In this document: piece by piece, positions 9,901-17,078 of the stretch | Layout: each line of letters opens with the position of its first letter | Numbering within the stretch: the stretch's first letter is position 1 | Virus record (IMG/VR): IMGVR_UViG_3300021600_000632 | Coordinates: 1 to 57,567 of that record | Source of the DNA: a virus | Taxonomy: Duplodnaviria; Caudoviricetes | Strand: one strand, 5' to 3' | DNA length: 57,567 nt | Notes under the pieces: model-generated | What the model was told of the DNA's origin: nothing | Seen by the model: the letters and a program-made list of their open reading frames with translations, nothing else | Databases searched by the model: none | Program-made: the position numbers and the translations under genes

Positions 9901-11788
9901 CCAACGTATAGGCAAGAGAGCCCTGATTATTACCGTCGACCACGGGTGAAATTAGTGGCACAACCGCCACATGCTCCACCTCATTAGCATTAGTATCCTC
10001 TTTGTTTTCGGCCGTTAAAACATTATCTATATAAACCCCCTCACCCTTCAGAGGATAGAAACTCGAGGGATCAGGATTGTACTCTGACCTTATCTCGGCA
10101 CCACGATAAGCCGTCAAATAACTACCGCCCGTCTGTAATTCCTCGGCTTCACCACTGGAGCGCAAATAAGTTATTTTTGCCGCCGCCGCCAGAATACCCC
10201 ATTTTTTCTGTGTAATCGCAGCGTCGACTATCTTAAATTTAAAATCATAAGTCGTTGAAGCAAAACCAGCCAACGCAGACTGCGTACAGTCAATTTTTGA
10301 ACTATAAAACTGGTTGTTCAGATTAGTCAGTATGCAACCGCTTGGTAAACTTTCCTGATCGTCAACTGAAATGCCTTTGGCTACATTAACAGAAGCCAAG
10401 ACATTATGAATCGGCTGATTGAAATAATTAACAAGCTTCAACTCTCCGTTGAGAATTACATTGGACTCAAGCGCAGGTATCACCGTCTCATCCAAGGCCG
10501 GATTAGTCTTTTGAACGACTTTCAAATTTGCAATAATGTCCTTAGACATAGCACCAAAGACAGCATCTAAGACATAAGGATAATATTTTTCCGCACCCGA
10601 GGCTGGCTGTCCAGCCAAAATATAGGCCCCGCCCTGCCCAAACTTTTTATAACCAAGAGCCAAGGCTTGACCAACTGGTGTTGAAGTGGCACGCAACGAT
10701 GTTCGGTCCTGAAAATAATAATTACTATCACCGAGTAAATCCAAATTAGCAATATCTATCAAGTCCGGATCAACTTCTGGTCGCACGAAAAACGAAGACA
10801 GGAAGTAAGTATTAAAATAACCATTTTCCGGAACTTGACCTAATTGCAACAAGTGGCTTTCAAAATCAACACCATTTGTAAACAGTAGCCGACCCTTATT
10901 TTGTTTATGCTTTATAAGAATTTGTTGCTCAACAGAGTTTATAGCCAAGATGCCTGCCTGCTCGAGCAGGAGGCTTGATTTACCAGAGGAAATTACCACT
11001 CCGCCCTTGTTTACAAAATCACTGATCGCCGCTAAACCACTCGAGCCGAGCTCGGCAATCGTTACGCCCTCTAGGCCCGAGGTAATGTCAGGTAAAATCA
11101 AGATCTTAAAAAAGGGGTTATTAGCATTTAATAACTTACCACCCTGAATATCAGCCGCATTCAACATAACCAAACTTGAAACTTCCTTATTGGGAACGTT
11201 GCTATCATTTTGGTAAGCTTGAAAATCTGCGAAACCGTGAAAACATTGTTCATGTTTAGCCAGATAAGTGTGCAAAATGTGGCAATAGGCCTCAGATTCA
11301 TAAGTCAAATGACGATTTTGCCCATTAGTTATTTTGGAAATATCAAGTATGGCCATCGAACCATCATACAAGGCCCGAGCACGGCCAATATCAATTGTCG
11401 TTGATGATTTCAGAAAAGCAAAGGCACTGGCCCCTAATTCAGACAGCTTTTCCGGCTTTAAATCAAAAACAGCACCACCAAAAAATTGGGTGCTGCTGCC
11501 ATGTTGATATGAAAAATTCTCAGGATAAAGTAAAAACTTAGAGCTATTAGGTAGAATTTTTTTAGCGATAAACTGGTAAGCGTGCTGCAACTTGCTGTAA
11601 TCACCTGATTCTACCTGATCAGCACCAAGACCGATAATTGTCGGCTCATTAAGCGCGGAACCCTGCCCCGAATTAACACCTGTAATAAACTTTTCAGCTA
11701 AAACAATCGGAATATTATTTACTGTCAGACTTAAAAGCAAGAAACAATTAATTGCAAATTTAAATTTTTTAGAAGTATTTTTCTTCAT
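3992..11788 (-). CDS. Giant secreted/surface protein (~2598 aa), function unknown
   Basis: Start moved to MKKNTSKK (signal-peptide-like: basic N-region, hydrophobic core, ending VLA) because the upstream ORF extension overlaps a riboswitch; beta-rich body; C-terminal FIIYGT..YGRLP..DW..IANG region of the kind seen in Parcubacteria surface proteins. Confidence 0.75.
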   Translation of the reverse strand: MKKNTSKKFKFAINCFLLLSLTVNNIPIVLAEKFITGVNSGQGSALNEPTIIGLGADQVESGDYSKLQHAYQFIAKKILPNSSKFLLYPENFSYQHGSSTQFFGGAVFDLKPEKLSELGASAFAFLKSSTTIDIGRARALYDGSMAILDISKITNGQNRHLTYESEAYCHILHTYLAKHEQCFHGFADFQAYQNDSNVPNKEVSSLVMLNAADIQGGKLLNANNPFFKILILPDITSGLEGVTIAELGSSGLAAISDFVNKGGVVISSGKSSLLLEQAGILAINSVEQQILIKHKQNKGRLLFTNGVDFESHLLQLGQVPENGYFNTYFLSSFFVRPEVDPDLIDIANLDLLGDSNYYFQDRTSLRATSTPVGQALALGYKKFGQGGAYILAGQPASGAEKYYPYVLDAVFGAMSKDIIANLKVVQKTNPALDETVIPALESNVILNGELKLVNYFNQPIHNVLASVNVAKGISVDDQESLPSGCILTNLNNQFYSSKIDCTQSALAGFASTTYDFKFKIVDAAITQKKWGILAAAAKITYLRSSGEAEELQTGGSYLTAYRGAEIRSEYNPDPSSFYPLKGEGVYIDNVLTAENKEDTNANEVEHVAVVPLISPVVDGNNQGSLAYTLEFADNYYQARKTANSFVFPFINSLEGQRDHDYIDYQSLKCSDVTLSADWDTPVKTILMNRSAAGLPAATGCQGQSIEQIIGKDYAYTVNSESLAAKQLYFADASNYYEQATQRQLVYIDTTKPNGAASYYGGNIPVDLQKGLVAKKNLIFARNDVYFYPNKNYPLPEGITDKNAYLTIDRFASSTCGNAKGILTAGYFNDTKAGGIKANEYDNALQCKNNKTKIDYSQIENYSGGKIKVSHYLFPVASEDQIGEASDLAYFSTTTGEYKNYPEVKFIKAHSVDFLLDQSSNPKGGRFTFILPNGVNFSADPIASGLITLSADHVAVRKINFEASTSKIRVDFIRGKMPDQTNGKPDVLRLNLEGLNTDKPITITAGLEKLDYDIGRPGDMTVYTSAVFVDNLELTKKPFLSLPSLVMKFRLKRGAQSDQSYFQKYEYFEPFVRYGVYIQELAAHRTVYGYAENHPVSDPGLVLSNGGFSTFSNIGASSIPFREYLQTGIKQVIPSSQETARVDYQDIWKRQWSTPIRTVMPDVPPIPPPLRNFMMNTTFEVRDKASGARQLEWASDRKAEVLYKVKVLNNYPKYFEPTVCKANEVLLNANLANGLSSKYFVLPVSNFFASTTVANAYLHRSNIATYGVCYQSQGDLVSNQLLTPIQRDEIKTASTCEHENNCPVISSTTPTISRRPSGEVGNWNYSQAVADYYPTGYITEPMWSLTHYDYDDSAFSKGYSYHMDNLLPNMDNVRNGLLRPHNIVAQPIYKGLGYSLSYNPNYQSQLYNVDGQLITGWMSDNLQNKDDTLLVGQASINSISIDKSSLLGTQMVRIDQMDQTYPQAAAAMNNIYACLFNRSRAKVDPVNSKIVYPNNVYVNNVVPIAPDLEKNDARLTEYNCGNLLYDPATIHEFNNVVKTDAKDWLYFGVGLRGGAKETINIVSELNPISGVNFEGFAKINDGGRFTYWNPANGPNSFLVLDNVVNVIEAMQSNITMNKEIIPVEVPTFNSDIYHLITIADQVETDREFTESPYLKNYGFGDAVTSIQVGVANNLKANGSILEPGDTTTVKLELFNNSGYDWNLIKSTDGQMAIESIDLPAEAISANDLLSKTKHAIKQPTSFNFLNFAIPLEISDYVQIMPSTHNVGTPGILFDFDNINVTTIRDGYKGTYAIDLKVSSDLPASLRGKTYDINVSLVPKFFDKYPGHPHDPVSHDYQLNLPSIRFGVPYATDQGSRAGKVFRTSGYSHNIAVIDEMPNGVDPLTVKRISWSELQNFRAAANNPVLRQSNLKNLYSRNDFGEAYSFSTTSLENGNQKINLSLADNGISEFPIPQISGPDTAVLYLLVRSHSVYLPYGDNKVNQNLKSDYTDSFSFTKSARMSDPQYRIVRAAGANLETNYSAEIIGKSTGEKLSTQKLSPHEENFVRLKVRLENVGSAIAYQPKASIFLPNAIMIATTGAEELINHATTTEVRFSLSDDLAPGDVQLLDLIVNYNKNNDNVGLKFINVSQAAANEIEIVDHAAAQFDLTSTPGENQVDQKTAGAFYMPLATDNQPQLTITAKKLETNLFSITLLPLNSTSSFYKLFLKDVATSTFSEVGLDYDQNGSYKIKITKGGSQFYGVLYDRVLVVNNFGEEVYQYFKLAESGTLLINYDSDFSININIDMYKPPRPPVGTEGQVEKFAIQVINRAGEKISKTYDQIIRLKLIGGPDVSKVAISEFSNFKNASLEAYHETIDWLLSSGQGIKTLYAKFYTRFGVSSPVTTVKIQSMNDSVVPKKIQGVKIINQEVGLTLEAQALINSQENKKIYLNTLGVKRSLMSERYGLKKYIRNFGLKMTEKTQINTLNTFIIYGTKSSQKISWNKRYYLLKSYEAIYGRLPDSTQDWFDVLRIANGLTPDHLIKGRNIWAEKRYEQVYKMRPKNDQKSREQLNIIAYGLSNSADNDQILQKEALAKYQTVYKDGPRNQNDWNLVRSIAMALK

Positions 11789-11814
11789 ATTGATTAAGTT
11801 AATAAATGCTGAGT

Positions 11815-11843
11815 CCAAAATAAAGAGCCCCCAATGAAGGCTC
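11815..11843 (-). terminator. Intrinsic terminator in the riboswitch expression platform
   Basis: Minus strand GAGCCTTC-att-GGGGGCTC followed by TTTATTTTT, just upstream of the ATG. Confidence 0.65.
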
Positions 11844-11895
11844 ATGACTGCTTTGAACACAATTGCTCGCATTTGCAAACAAAAAAAATAGTTCA

Positions 11896-11969
11896 AAGTG
11901 ACCGGTTGCGCCACTGGCTCCATATAATCCCAGGCGCCCAATATGGATTATAATTCATTGCCTTCACTT
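11896..11969 (-). promoter_or_regulatory. c-di-GMP-II-type riboswitch aptamer
   Basis: Minus strand AAGTGAAGGCAATGAATTATAATCCATATTGGGCGCCTGGGATTATATGGAGCCAGTGGCGCAACCGGTCACTT; closing stem AAGTGA/TCACTT, TATAATCC/GGATTATA stem, pseudoknot GCGCC/GGCGC, conserved GCAACCGG end. Confidence 0.85.
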
Positions 11970-11977
11970 CTCTTATT

Positions 11978-12006
11978 AGCCTATTCCTGAATAATTAAAA
12001 TGTCAA
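11978..12006 (-). promoter_or_regulatory. Sigma70-like promoter upstream of the riboswitch
   Basis: TTGACA-17 bp-TAGGCT; predicted start site near 11970, at the aptamer 5' end. Confidence 0.6.
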
Positions 12007-12108
12007 GAACATTTATGTCTCAACATCAAGTAATGTTAATTACTCAATAAACTTATAAATTAATTATTCAATAACTCAACTTGGATAACTACAATTACTT
12101 AAATAAAC

Positions 12109-12134
12109 AAAAAATAGGGTGTGCCCTATTTTTT
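12109..12134. terminator. Bidirectional terminator-like hairpin
   Basis: AAAAAATAGGG..CCCTATTTTTT. Confidence 0.6.
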
Positions 12135-12152
12135 TATAACTATATTTACTTA

Positions 12153-12268
12153 AAAAACCAAGTGCCTGACTGCGGCGATAAATTACATCATTTTTTTCCG
12201 AATAAATGCTGGATAGCACTTTCTTTCTGATGAATTGCGAAAATCCACTATAATCTCACTTGGATTTT
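12153..12268 (-). ncRNA. Candidate rod-shaped small RNA, family unassigned
   Basis: Nested stems CCAAGTG/CACTTGG, AATTCATCA/TGATGTAATT, AAGTGCT/AGCATTT; upstream TTGCCA-16 bp-TATAAT with extended -10 TG; downstream hairpin; no useful ORF. Confidence 0.4.
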
Positions 12269-12295
12269 CAATTTACACCTCAATTATAGCATACG

Positions 12296-12329
12296 GGTGG
12301 GGGTTGGCAAGTCCAACCCCCACCTTTTT
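12296..12329. terminator. GC-rich 12-bp hairpin directly after the recombinase stop
   Basis: GGTGGGGGTTGG-caagt-CCAACCCCCACC then TTTTT on the + strand. Confidence 0.65.
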
Positions 12330-12331
12330 GG

Positions 12332-13240
12332 CTAAAAATTCATCAATCTTTTATGAATCTGCTTCAACTCCGGATTAACATAATGAGTGTATACTTGAGT
12401 ACTCCGCAGATCACTATGCCCCAAAAACATCTGCACCGCCCGCAAGTCTGCTCCATTCTTCAACATATGAGTGGCAAATGAATGCCGAAAACTATGCGTA
12501 GAAATGTCGCTTCTTAACCCTGCCAACTTAACATACTTCTTGACCACCTCCTGAGCTGACCTCTTGCCAATCCTGCCTTTATTAAGCTCGGTCCATTCAT
12601 TTCGCCTTCTGGTGAAGGTAAACAGTGCTGGGTAATTATCCTCTCTAGTTTTTAGATACTCACCAATCCAGTAAATCGCTCTATCATTAAGATAGACTGT
12701 TCTAATCTTATCAAACTTGCCCTGCACTATTATCTCCCCATAATTTATATCAATGTCCTTATTAAGCTTAATCATTTCCTCAAGTCTCATGCCAGTCGCA
12801 AACAAAACCTCTAAAATCGCTCGATTTCTCTTGCCCTCATTATTAAAGGTATTAACTGTACGAACCATTCGCTCAAATTCATCCTGATTGAAAAAAATAA
12901 TCCGATCATCTGCCCGCACGCCCTTTGGCACTCGTGATGGGGCTAAAGCCTTAATTCCCTTTTTCTCCATGTATATCAAAAACATCCTAATCATCTTCAA
13001 TTTCTCACTCACAGTGGATAACTTAATTTTACGATTCTTTTGATAAGCGTGATCCGTGTCCAATAAATGCTTCTTGTATTTCAAAACCAAATCCTCGCTT
13101 ATTTTCCGAACCTCGAGATCACCTGTCCATTCATAAAAATGTCGAAAATGATGCTCGTAGTTTGCAACTGTCTTTTTTGAATGATTTTGCTCCACCTCAC
13201 ACCATTCAAAGAATTTTAGCCCTGCTTCCGATATCATCAT
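12332..13240 (-). CDS. XerC/D-like tyrosine recombinase (integrase)
   Basis: ATGMR, GK, HSFRHSFATH, LGH, TQVYTH catalytic motifs; N-terminal SAM-like domain. Confidence 0.92.
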   Translation of the reverse strand: MMISEAGLKFFEWCEVEQNHSKKTVANYEHHFRHFYEWTGDLEVRKISEDLVLKYKKHLLDTDHAYQKNRKIKLSTVSEKLKMIRMFLIYMEKKGIKALAPSRVPKGVRADDRIIFFNQDEFERMVRTVNTFNNEGKRNRAILEVLFATGMRLEEMIKLNKDIDINYGEIIVQGKFDKIRTVYLNDRAIYWIGEYLKTREDNYPALFTFTRRRNEWTELNKGRIGKRSAQEVVKKYVKLAGLRSDISTHSFRHSFATHMLKNGADLRAVQMFLGHSDLRSTQVYTHYVNPELKQIHKRLMNF

Positions 13241-13521
13241 ACAATTATCACATCAACTAGATTAAGGCTCTCGATTGCAAAGTCGGCCAAATTGATGATC
13301 AATAATGAAAACATCAAAGCACCGAATGCCCTTTGAAATAACTCCACCCGACCTTTAAACCTTTGCAGGCCTGTCTTTGGCCTGAGGTAACTGTTACTAA
13401 TCACCTCCTGCACTTGATCGACTGTTAAATAATGCTCTTTGCCACAGTCATGACACTCACCGAGAAAAATTTTCCCGCCATAGGCATAACGGCCCAAGGC
13501 TTTGTGGTTTGCTTTGTTCAT
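13237..13521 (-). CDS. Hypothetical protein with CxxC and C-terminal hydrophobic helix
   Basis: ECHDCGKEH; 4-nt overlap with the recombinase start. Confidence 0.55.
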   Translation of the reverse strand: MNKANHKALGRYAYGGKIFLGECHDCGKEHYLTVDQVQEVISNSYLRPKTGLQRFKGRVELFQRAFGALMFSLLIINLADFAIESLNLVDVIIV

Positions 13522-13863
13522 AACACCTTTTAGCCAAGCAACAAAATAACACTAATATATTATTAATGTTGCCCGTGCTATAATTAAATCAACCTAAATG
13601 AAGAGTGCATTCTCTTTTTTAGGCGAGAAAAGGCGGACTTTTAGCCGTCTTTTCGGTTAATAAAAACTTATCCGGGGTAGATAGTAACGCTTCCCACGGA
13701 TAAGTCAAATTAATGCCCTTAATTTGACATTAACTTGCCAATATAGCACATTATGGGCATAATTCCAGCAAAACCCTTGACAAATAGGCACTTTTGTGAT
13801 AGCGTAAAATATTCAGAATCACTGAATTGAACCTTAAAAACAACTACTCGGGAGGATACAAAA

Positions 13864-14337
13864 ATGAATATTTTAATTGTCGGCAATGATTATCATGAAC
13901 TGGTCAAAATTGCTCGAGAAGCCGAAACGACTAGCAACAAATTCTTTTTTGCCCACACCTACAATGATGCAGTAAGTATTCTTGGGTGGATCAAATCTGA
14001 ACATATCAATCCTGAAAAAATTGATGGCATTATCACCTACCTAAACTTTCGCAGATTCAATGAGTCGGATTTTGCTAGCGGTAATTTACCATTTGGACTT
14101 GTTATGATGTTTGAAGCCAGGACAAATAATATACCTTGCGTATTGTGTGTCGATATTGATCCCAACAACAACGATGGCTGGGAATACAGACTAACAAAAA
14201 GCATGCTAAGCTCCAACATTATCAAAGAAGATAATCTCGCCTGCGATGGTGAGTCAACAACGGCAATTGATAAAATGGCGAAGTTGCTAATAATCAATCA
14301 ATTGCGCGCGGATCTAAATGAACCGATACAAGGCTAA
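13864..14337 (+). CDS. Degenerate receiver-domain-like protein
   Basis: MNILIVGND..DGIITYLNF pattern; GGAGG RBS; TTGACA at 13777. Confidence 0.5.
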   Translation: MNILIVGNDYHELVKIAREAETTSNKFFFAHTYNDAVSILGWIKSEHINPEKIDGIITYLNFRRFNESDFASGNLPFGLVMMFEARTNNIPCVLCVDIDPNNNDGWEYRLTKSMLSSNIIKEDNLACDGESTTAIDKMAKLLIINQLRADLNEPIQG

Positions 14338-14343
14338 CTACGA

Positions 14344-14670
14344 AAAAACCTCGAACTAAAAAAGGAGTAACTGTTATGAACGTAGATACAAAAGAAACTC
14401 CGTTCTTTGTTTGTCCGACTGGTTGTGAAAAAACTACTTTCTATCAGGATGGCACACTTGAGGTTACAAGACATTTTTCAAGTGAAGGTGAAAAACTGGA
14501 AAGCAGTGATAATGAATATGGCTTCACTCCTAAAACTGAAATGAAATGCCGCAGATGTGATGCCGTGGCTGTCAAAAAGATTAAAAGAGTGACTATCACA
14601 ACAGTCATCGAATAGACAAATAACACCCCGCCAATCAAGGTCGTCTAAACTAAAAACCTCGAACTAAAAA
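14344..14670 (+). repeat. 19-bp direct repeat flanking the zinc-ribbon gene
   Basis: AAAAACCTCGAACTAAAAA at 14344-14362 and 14652-14670. Confidence 0.85.
14376..14615 (+). CDS. Small zinc-ribbon protein
   Basis: CPTGC and CRRC; AAGGAG RBS. Confidence 0.7.
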   Translation: MNVDTKETPFFVCPTGCEKTTFYQDGTLEVTRHFSSEGEKLESSDNEYGFTPKTEMKCRRCDAVAVKKIKRVTITTVIE

Positions 14671-14681
14671 TTCGAGGTTTT
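14653..14681. terminator. Bidirectional terminator between convergent genes
   Basis: AAAACCTCGAA-ctaaaaa-TTCGAGGTTTT. Confidence 0.7.
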
Positions 14682-14701
14682 ATTATATCTAACTATTTTA
14701 T

Positions 14702-14980
14702 TTACTTCTGAAACTTCTTCTGACAATCAATGGCAATTTTTATGCACTCCTCCGGATCATAACCCAAGTCATCGCACCAACGAATTGTGGAAAATATTAT
14801 ATTGCCTAGCTCCTTTTTTAATTCCTCATCTGTATGCGTATTTGTATCCTTGATCGCATCTCGCTCCCAGCGACAAAGGTCACCAAAGACCTTGCCCATA
14901 CGAACAATAATTTGGCTTAAACTTAATTTTTGGCCCGACCAGATTTCTTGACTTTGTTGTAATAGATTTTTTATTTCCAT
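14702..14980 (-). CDS. MazG-like all-alpha nucleotide pyrophosphohydrolase family protein
   Basis: ELKKELGNIIFSTIRWCDDLGYDPEEC resembles the MazG EELGD helix. Confidence 0.5.
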   Translation of the reverse strand: MEIKNLLQQSQEIWSGQKLSLSQIIVRMGKVFGDLCRWERDAIKDTNTHTDEELKKELGNIIFSTIRWCDDLGYDPEECIKIAIDCQKKFQK

Positions 14981-15171
14981 AGAATTATTTTAAACTTTTA
15001 TATCACCAATTTTTTTACTAATTTAATTCCTGTCAAAATATAGTGATCAAAAATCTTCCTTTTAATAAATACATTTTTTAAGCCTTTTTGTAAATCAAAA
15101 TTTTTAGCCAAATCTTGTATTTTTTCTAATCTTTTTTAAATTGTAGGCAATTTTTATTTGACATAAAAATT

Positions 15172-16131
15172 TTACTTTGAAAAATCAACAATAAATCTAA
15201 ACGCACGATCATTAGTGGCATCAAATGAGTCATCAGACTTGAATTGACACGGACTTATGTCACCCAAATGATTAAAGTTTGCAATTGACCGTCCTCCTCT
15301 CAGCCGATATCCATCCAGCGTTTCATCGGAAAATAATTCCTCACTATCACTAAGTCCCCAATGACTGTAATGCATGTTGCCTAAAACATTAAATTCAATA
15401 GCTCGCAGTAATCTAACCTGTTCAGCTCTTACCTTTAACTTTTCAGCAACAGCTGAGACAAAATCACTATTATTAAATACTGCTCCTTCGATATTAAATC
15501 TACTGCCAGCATCTTGCTCCTTGCCACTAATTGCTCCGTTAGCTCGATAATACTTAATAATATCAGACAAATAGTCATTCTTGAATTCTCCTGCGTGATT
15601 ATTGTAAGTATCACAACCTGGACGCTCACGCTTATCAACCAGCAACCATGAACCTTTTAAAGTAGCTGAATCATGCTGAATGTGCGGCCCCTTAGTTTTA
15701 AAAATTCCCAGTTTAGCATAATTCATCATTTGGTAGAACTCTTTATATGGTCGAAATTTCCAAGCAGCAAGCTTCGCCTTCTCCGTCATTTCAATTGACG
15801 GTAAATACCGTAACTCCATTTCCATTTTTTCCCAATGCTGGATATTCTCCAATGTAGCCTCAGCAGGTAATTCTGGCACATCAATATTTTTACCAAAAAA
15901 TTTACTAAGATCTTTACATTCTCTATTTTTTAGCAATTCAATTTTTAATTCTTTACGTTTTTCAATAACACTTACTCTCAATTTAGAAATATTAGCCATG
16001 TTTCTATCGAAATTTAAGGCATCATTACTTTGAGCGCTTGACGCAATGTTGACCTGTTTAGCAACAATGAAAAATTGCTCTTTTAGAGAGCCAATAAATA
16101 TTTTATGTTGCTTACAGCTTATATTTATCAT
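15172..16131 (-). CDS. Cys-leader protein (degenerate NISCKQHK) + CLec/FGE-like domain, family A
   Basis: FFG..VP.LP, ELRYLP, GSWLLVD, SRF, RAIEFNVLGN, terminal FRFIVDF. Confidence 0.8.
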   Translation of the reverse strand: MINISCKQHKIFIGSLKEQFFIVAKQVNIASSAQSNDALNFDRNMANISKLRVSVIEKRKELKIELLKNRECKDLSKFFGKNIDVPELPAEATLENIQHWEKMEMELRYLPSIEMTEKAKLAAWKFRPYKEFYQMMNYAKLGIFKTKGPHIQHDSATLKGSWLLVDKRERPGCDTYNNHAGEFKNDYLSDIIKYYRANGAISGKEQDAGSRFNIEGAVFNNSDFVSAVAEKLKVRAEQVRLLRAIEFNVLGNMHYSHWGLSDSEELFSDETLDGYRLRGGRSIANFNHLGDISPCQFKSDDSFDATNDRAFRFIVDFSK

Positions 16132-16139
16132 AACAATTA

Positions 16140-17069
16140 CTACTGATTAAGCCTAATCATAACCCTAAAACCAACGCCAGTCGATCTGTCACTAGCGGAG
16201 AATGAATCCACCTGATCAATATCCCGTGTTGCACCGAAAACAAATTTAAATGTTTTTCCGTCTTGACCACGATCAGAGCAATGTTCGCTTGAATTTGCCT
16301 GACCCAACTGAGGATAATACATATTTGCTAAAACATTAAATTCAATTGCCCTTGGATAATCAATGCATTCGGGGCTTACAGCAAATATTGACGCAAATTC
16401 TTTTTTAGTTCTTTCGTCTTCAAGCTCGTCTAAAGTTATGCTACACCTTGATTCTTTCTTAATTTTTCCGGTTTTTGATGACTCGGCTATCGCAGCCTCA
16501 TCTACAACACCCTTGGATTTAAGTCCAGAAATTATAGCAGCTAGTAGGTCATCTTCATATTCCTGAGTTTCACCCATACTAATACGCCATGGCTTCTTGA
16601 TATTTTCAATTAAAAACCAACCTGATTTTAACTGAGTAATATCTTTGGGAAATGTTCCTTTATTTATCATGTCCCACATTCCAAATGCCCCACTATGTGG
16701 CTTTTTCCTCCAACCCGGATACTTAGCGCTCTTGTTCATGTTTATCTCTGGTAAGTAATGAAGATCTAGACCGAGCTGCTTCCATTGTTCGAGTTTATCT
16801 TGTGTTATTTCTTTAGGTAAAAATGACACCTCAATTTTTTCACCAAAAAATTTTTCCAGGGCCATTGCCTCTCCTTTTCTAATTTCAAAACCAAATGGCA
16901 ATAACTCTCGAAGATCAGTAATTAGAAACTCAAGAAACATCATCTTACCGTTTATTTTATCGGCATGATCACACGTGCTGGCCGTCTGAATAGATTCATT
17001 AATATCATCAATTCTGAACTTTAATTCGTCAAGTTGTTTTTTTAATTGTGGGCAATTTAGATTTCGCAT
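16140..17069 (-). CDS. CPQLK-leader protein + CLec/FGE-like domain, family A
   Basis: MRNLNCPQLKKQL; LHYLP, PGW..KP, PRAIEFNVLAN, GFRVMIRL. Confidence 0.85.
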   Translation of the reverse strand: MRNLNCPQLKKQLDELKFRIDDINESIQTASTCDHADKINGKMMFLEFLITDLRELLPFGFEIRKGEAMALEKFFGEKIEVSFLPKEITQDKLEQWKQLGLDLHYLPEINMNKSAKYPGWRKKPHSGAFGMWDMINKGTFPKDITQLKSGWFLIENIKKPWRISMGETQEYEDDLLAAIISGLKSKGVVDEAAIAESSKTGKIKKESRCSITLDELEDERTKKEFASIFAVSPECIDYPRAIEFNVLANMYYPQLGQANSSEHCSDRGQDGKTFKFVFGATRDIDQVDSFSASDRSTGVGFRVMIRLNQ

Positions 17070-17078
17070 AATTTCAAT

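Noticed and set aside
11789-11941. N-terminal extension of the 2649-aa ORF
   Set aside because: Overlaps the riboswitch and terminator; the signal peptide begins at 11788
13728-13765. Possible dif-like site (GCCCATAATGTGCTATATTGGC on the minus strand)
   Set aside because: Lacks a XerD-type arm and is equally explained as a TTGCCA-17-CATAAT promoter
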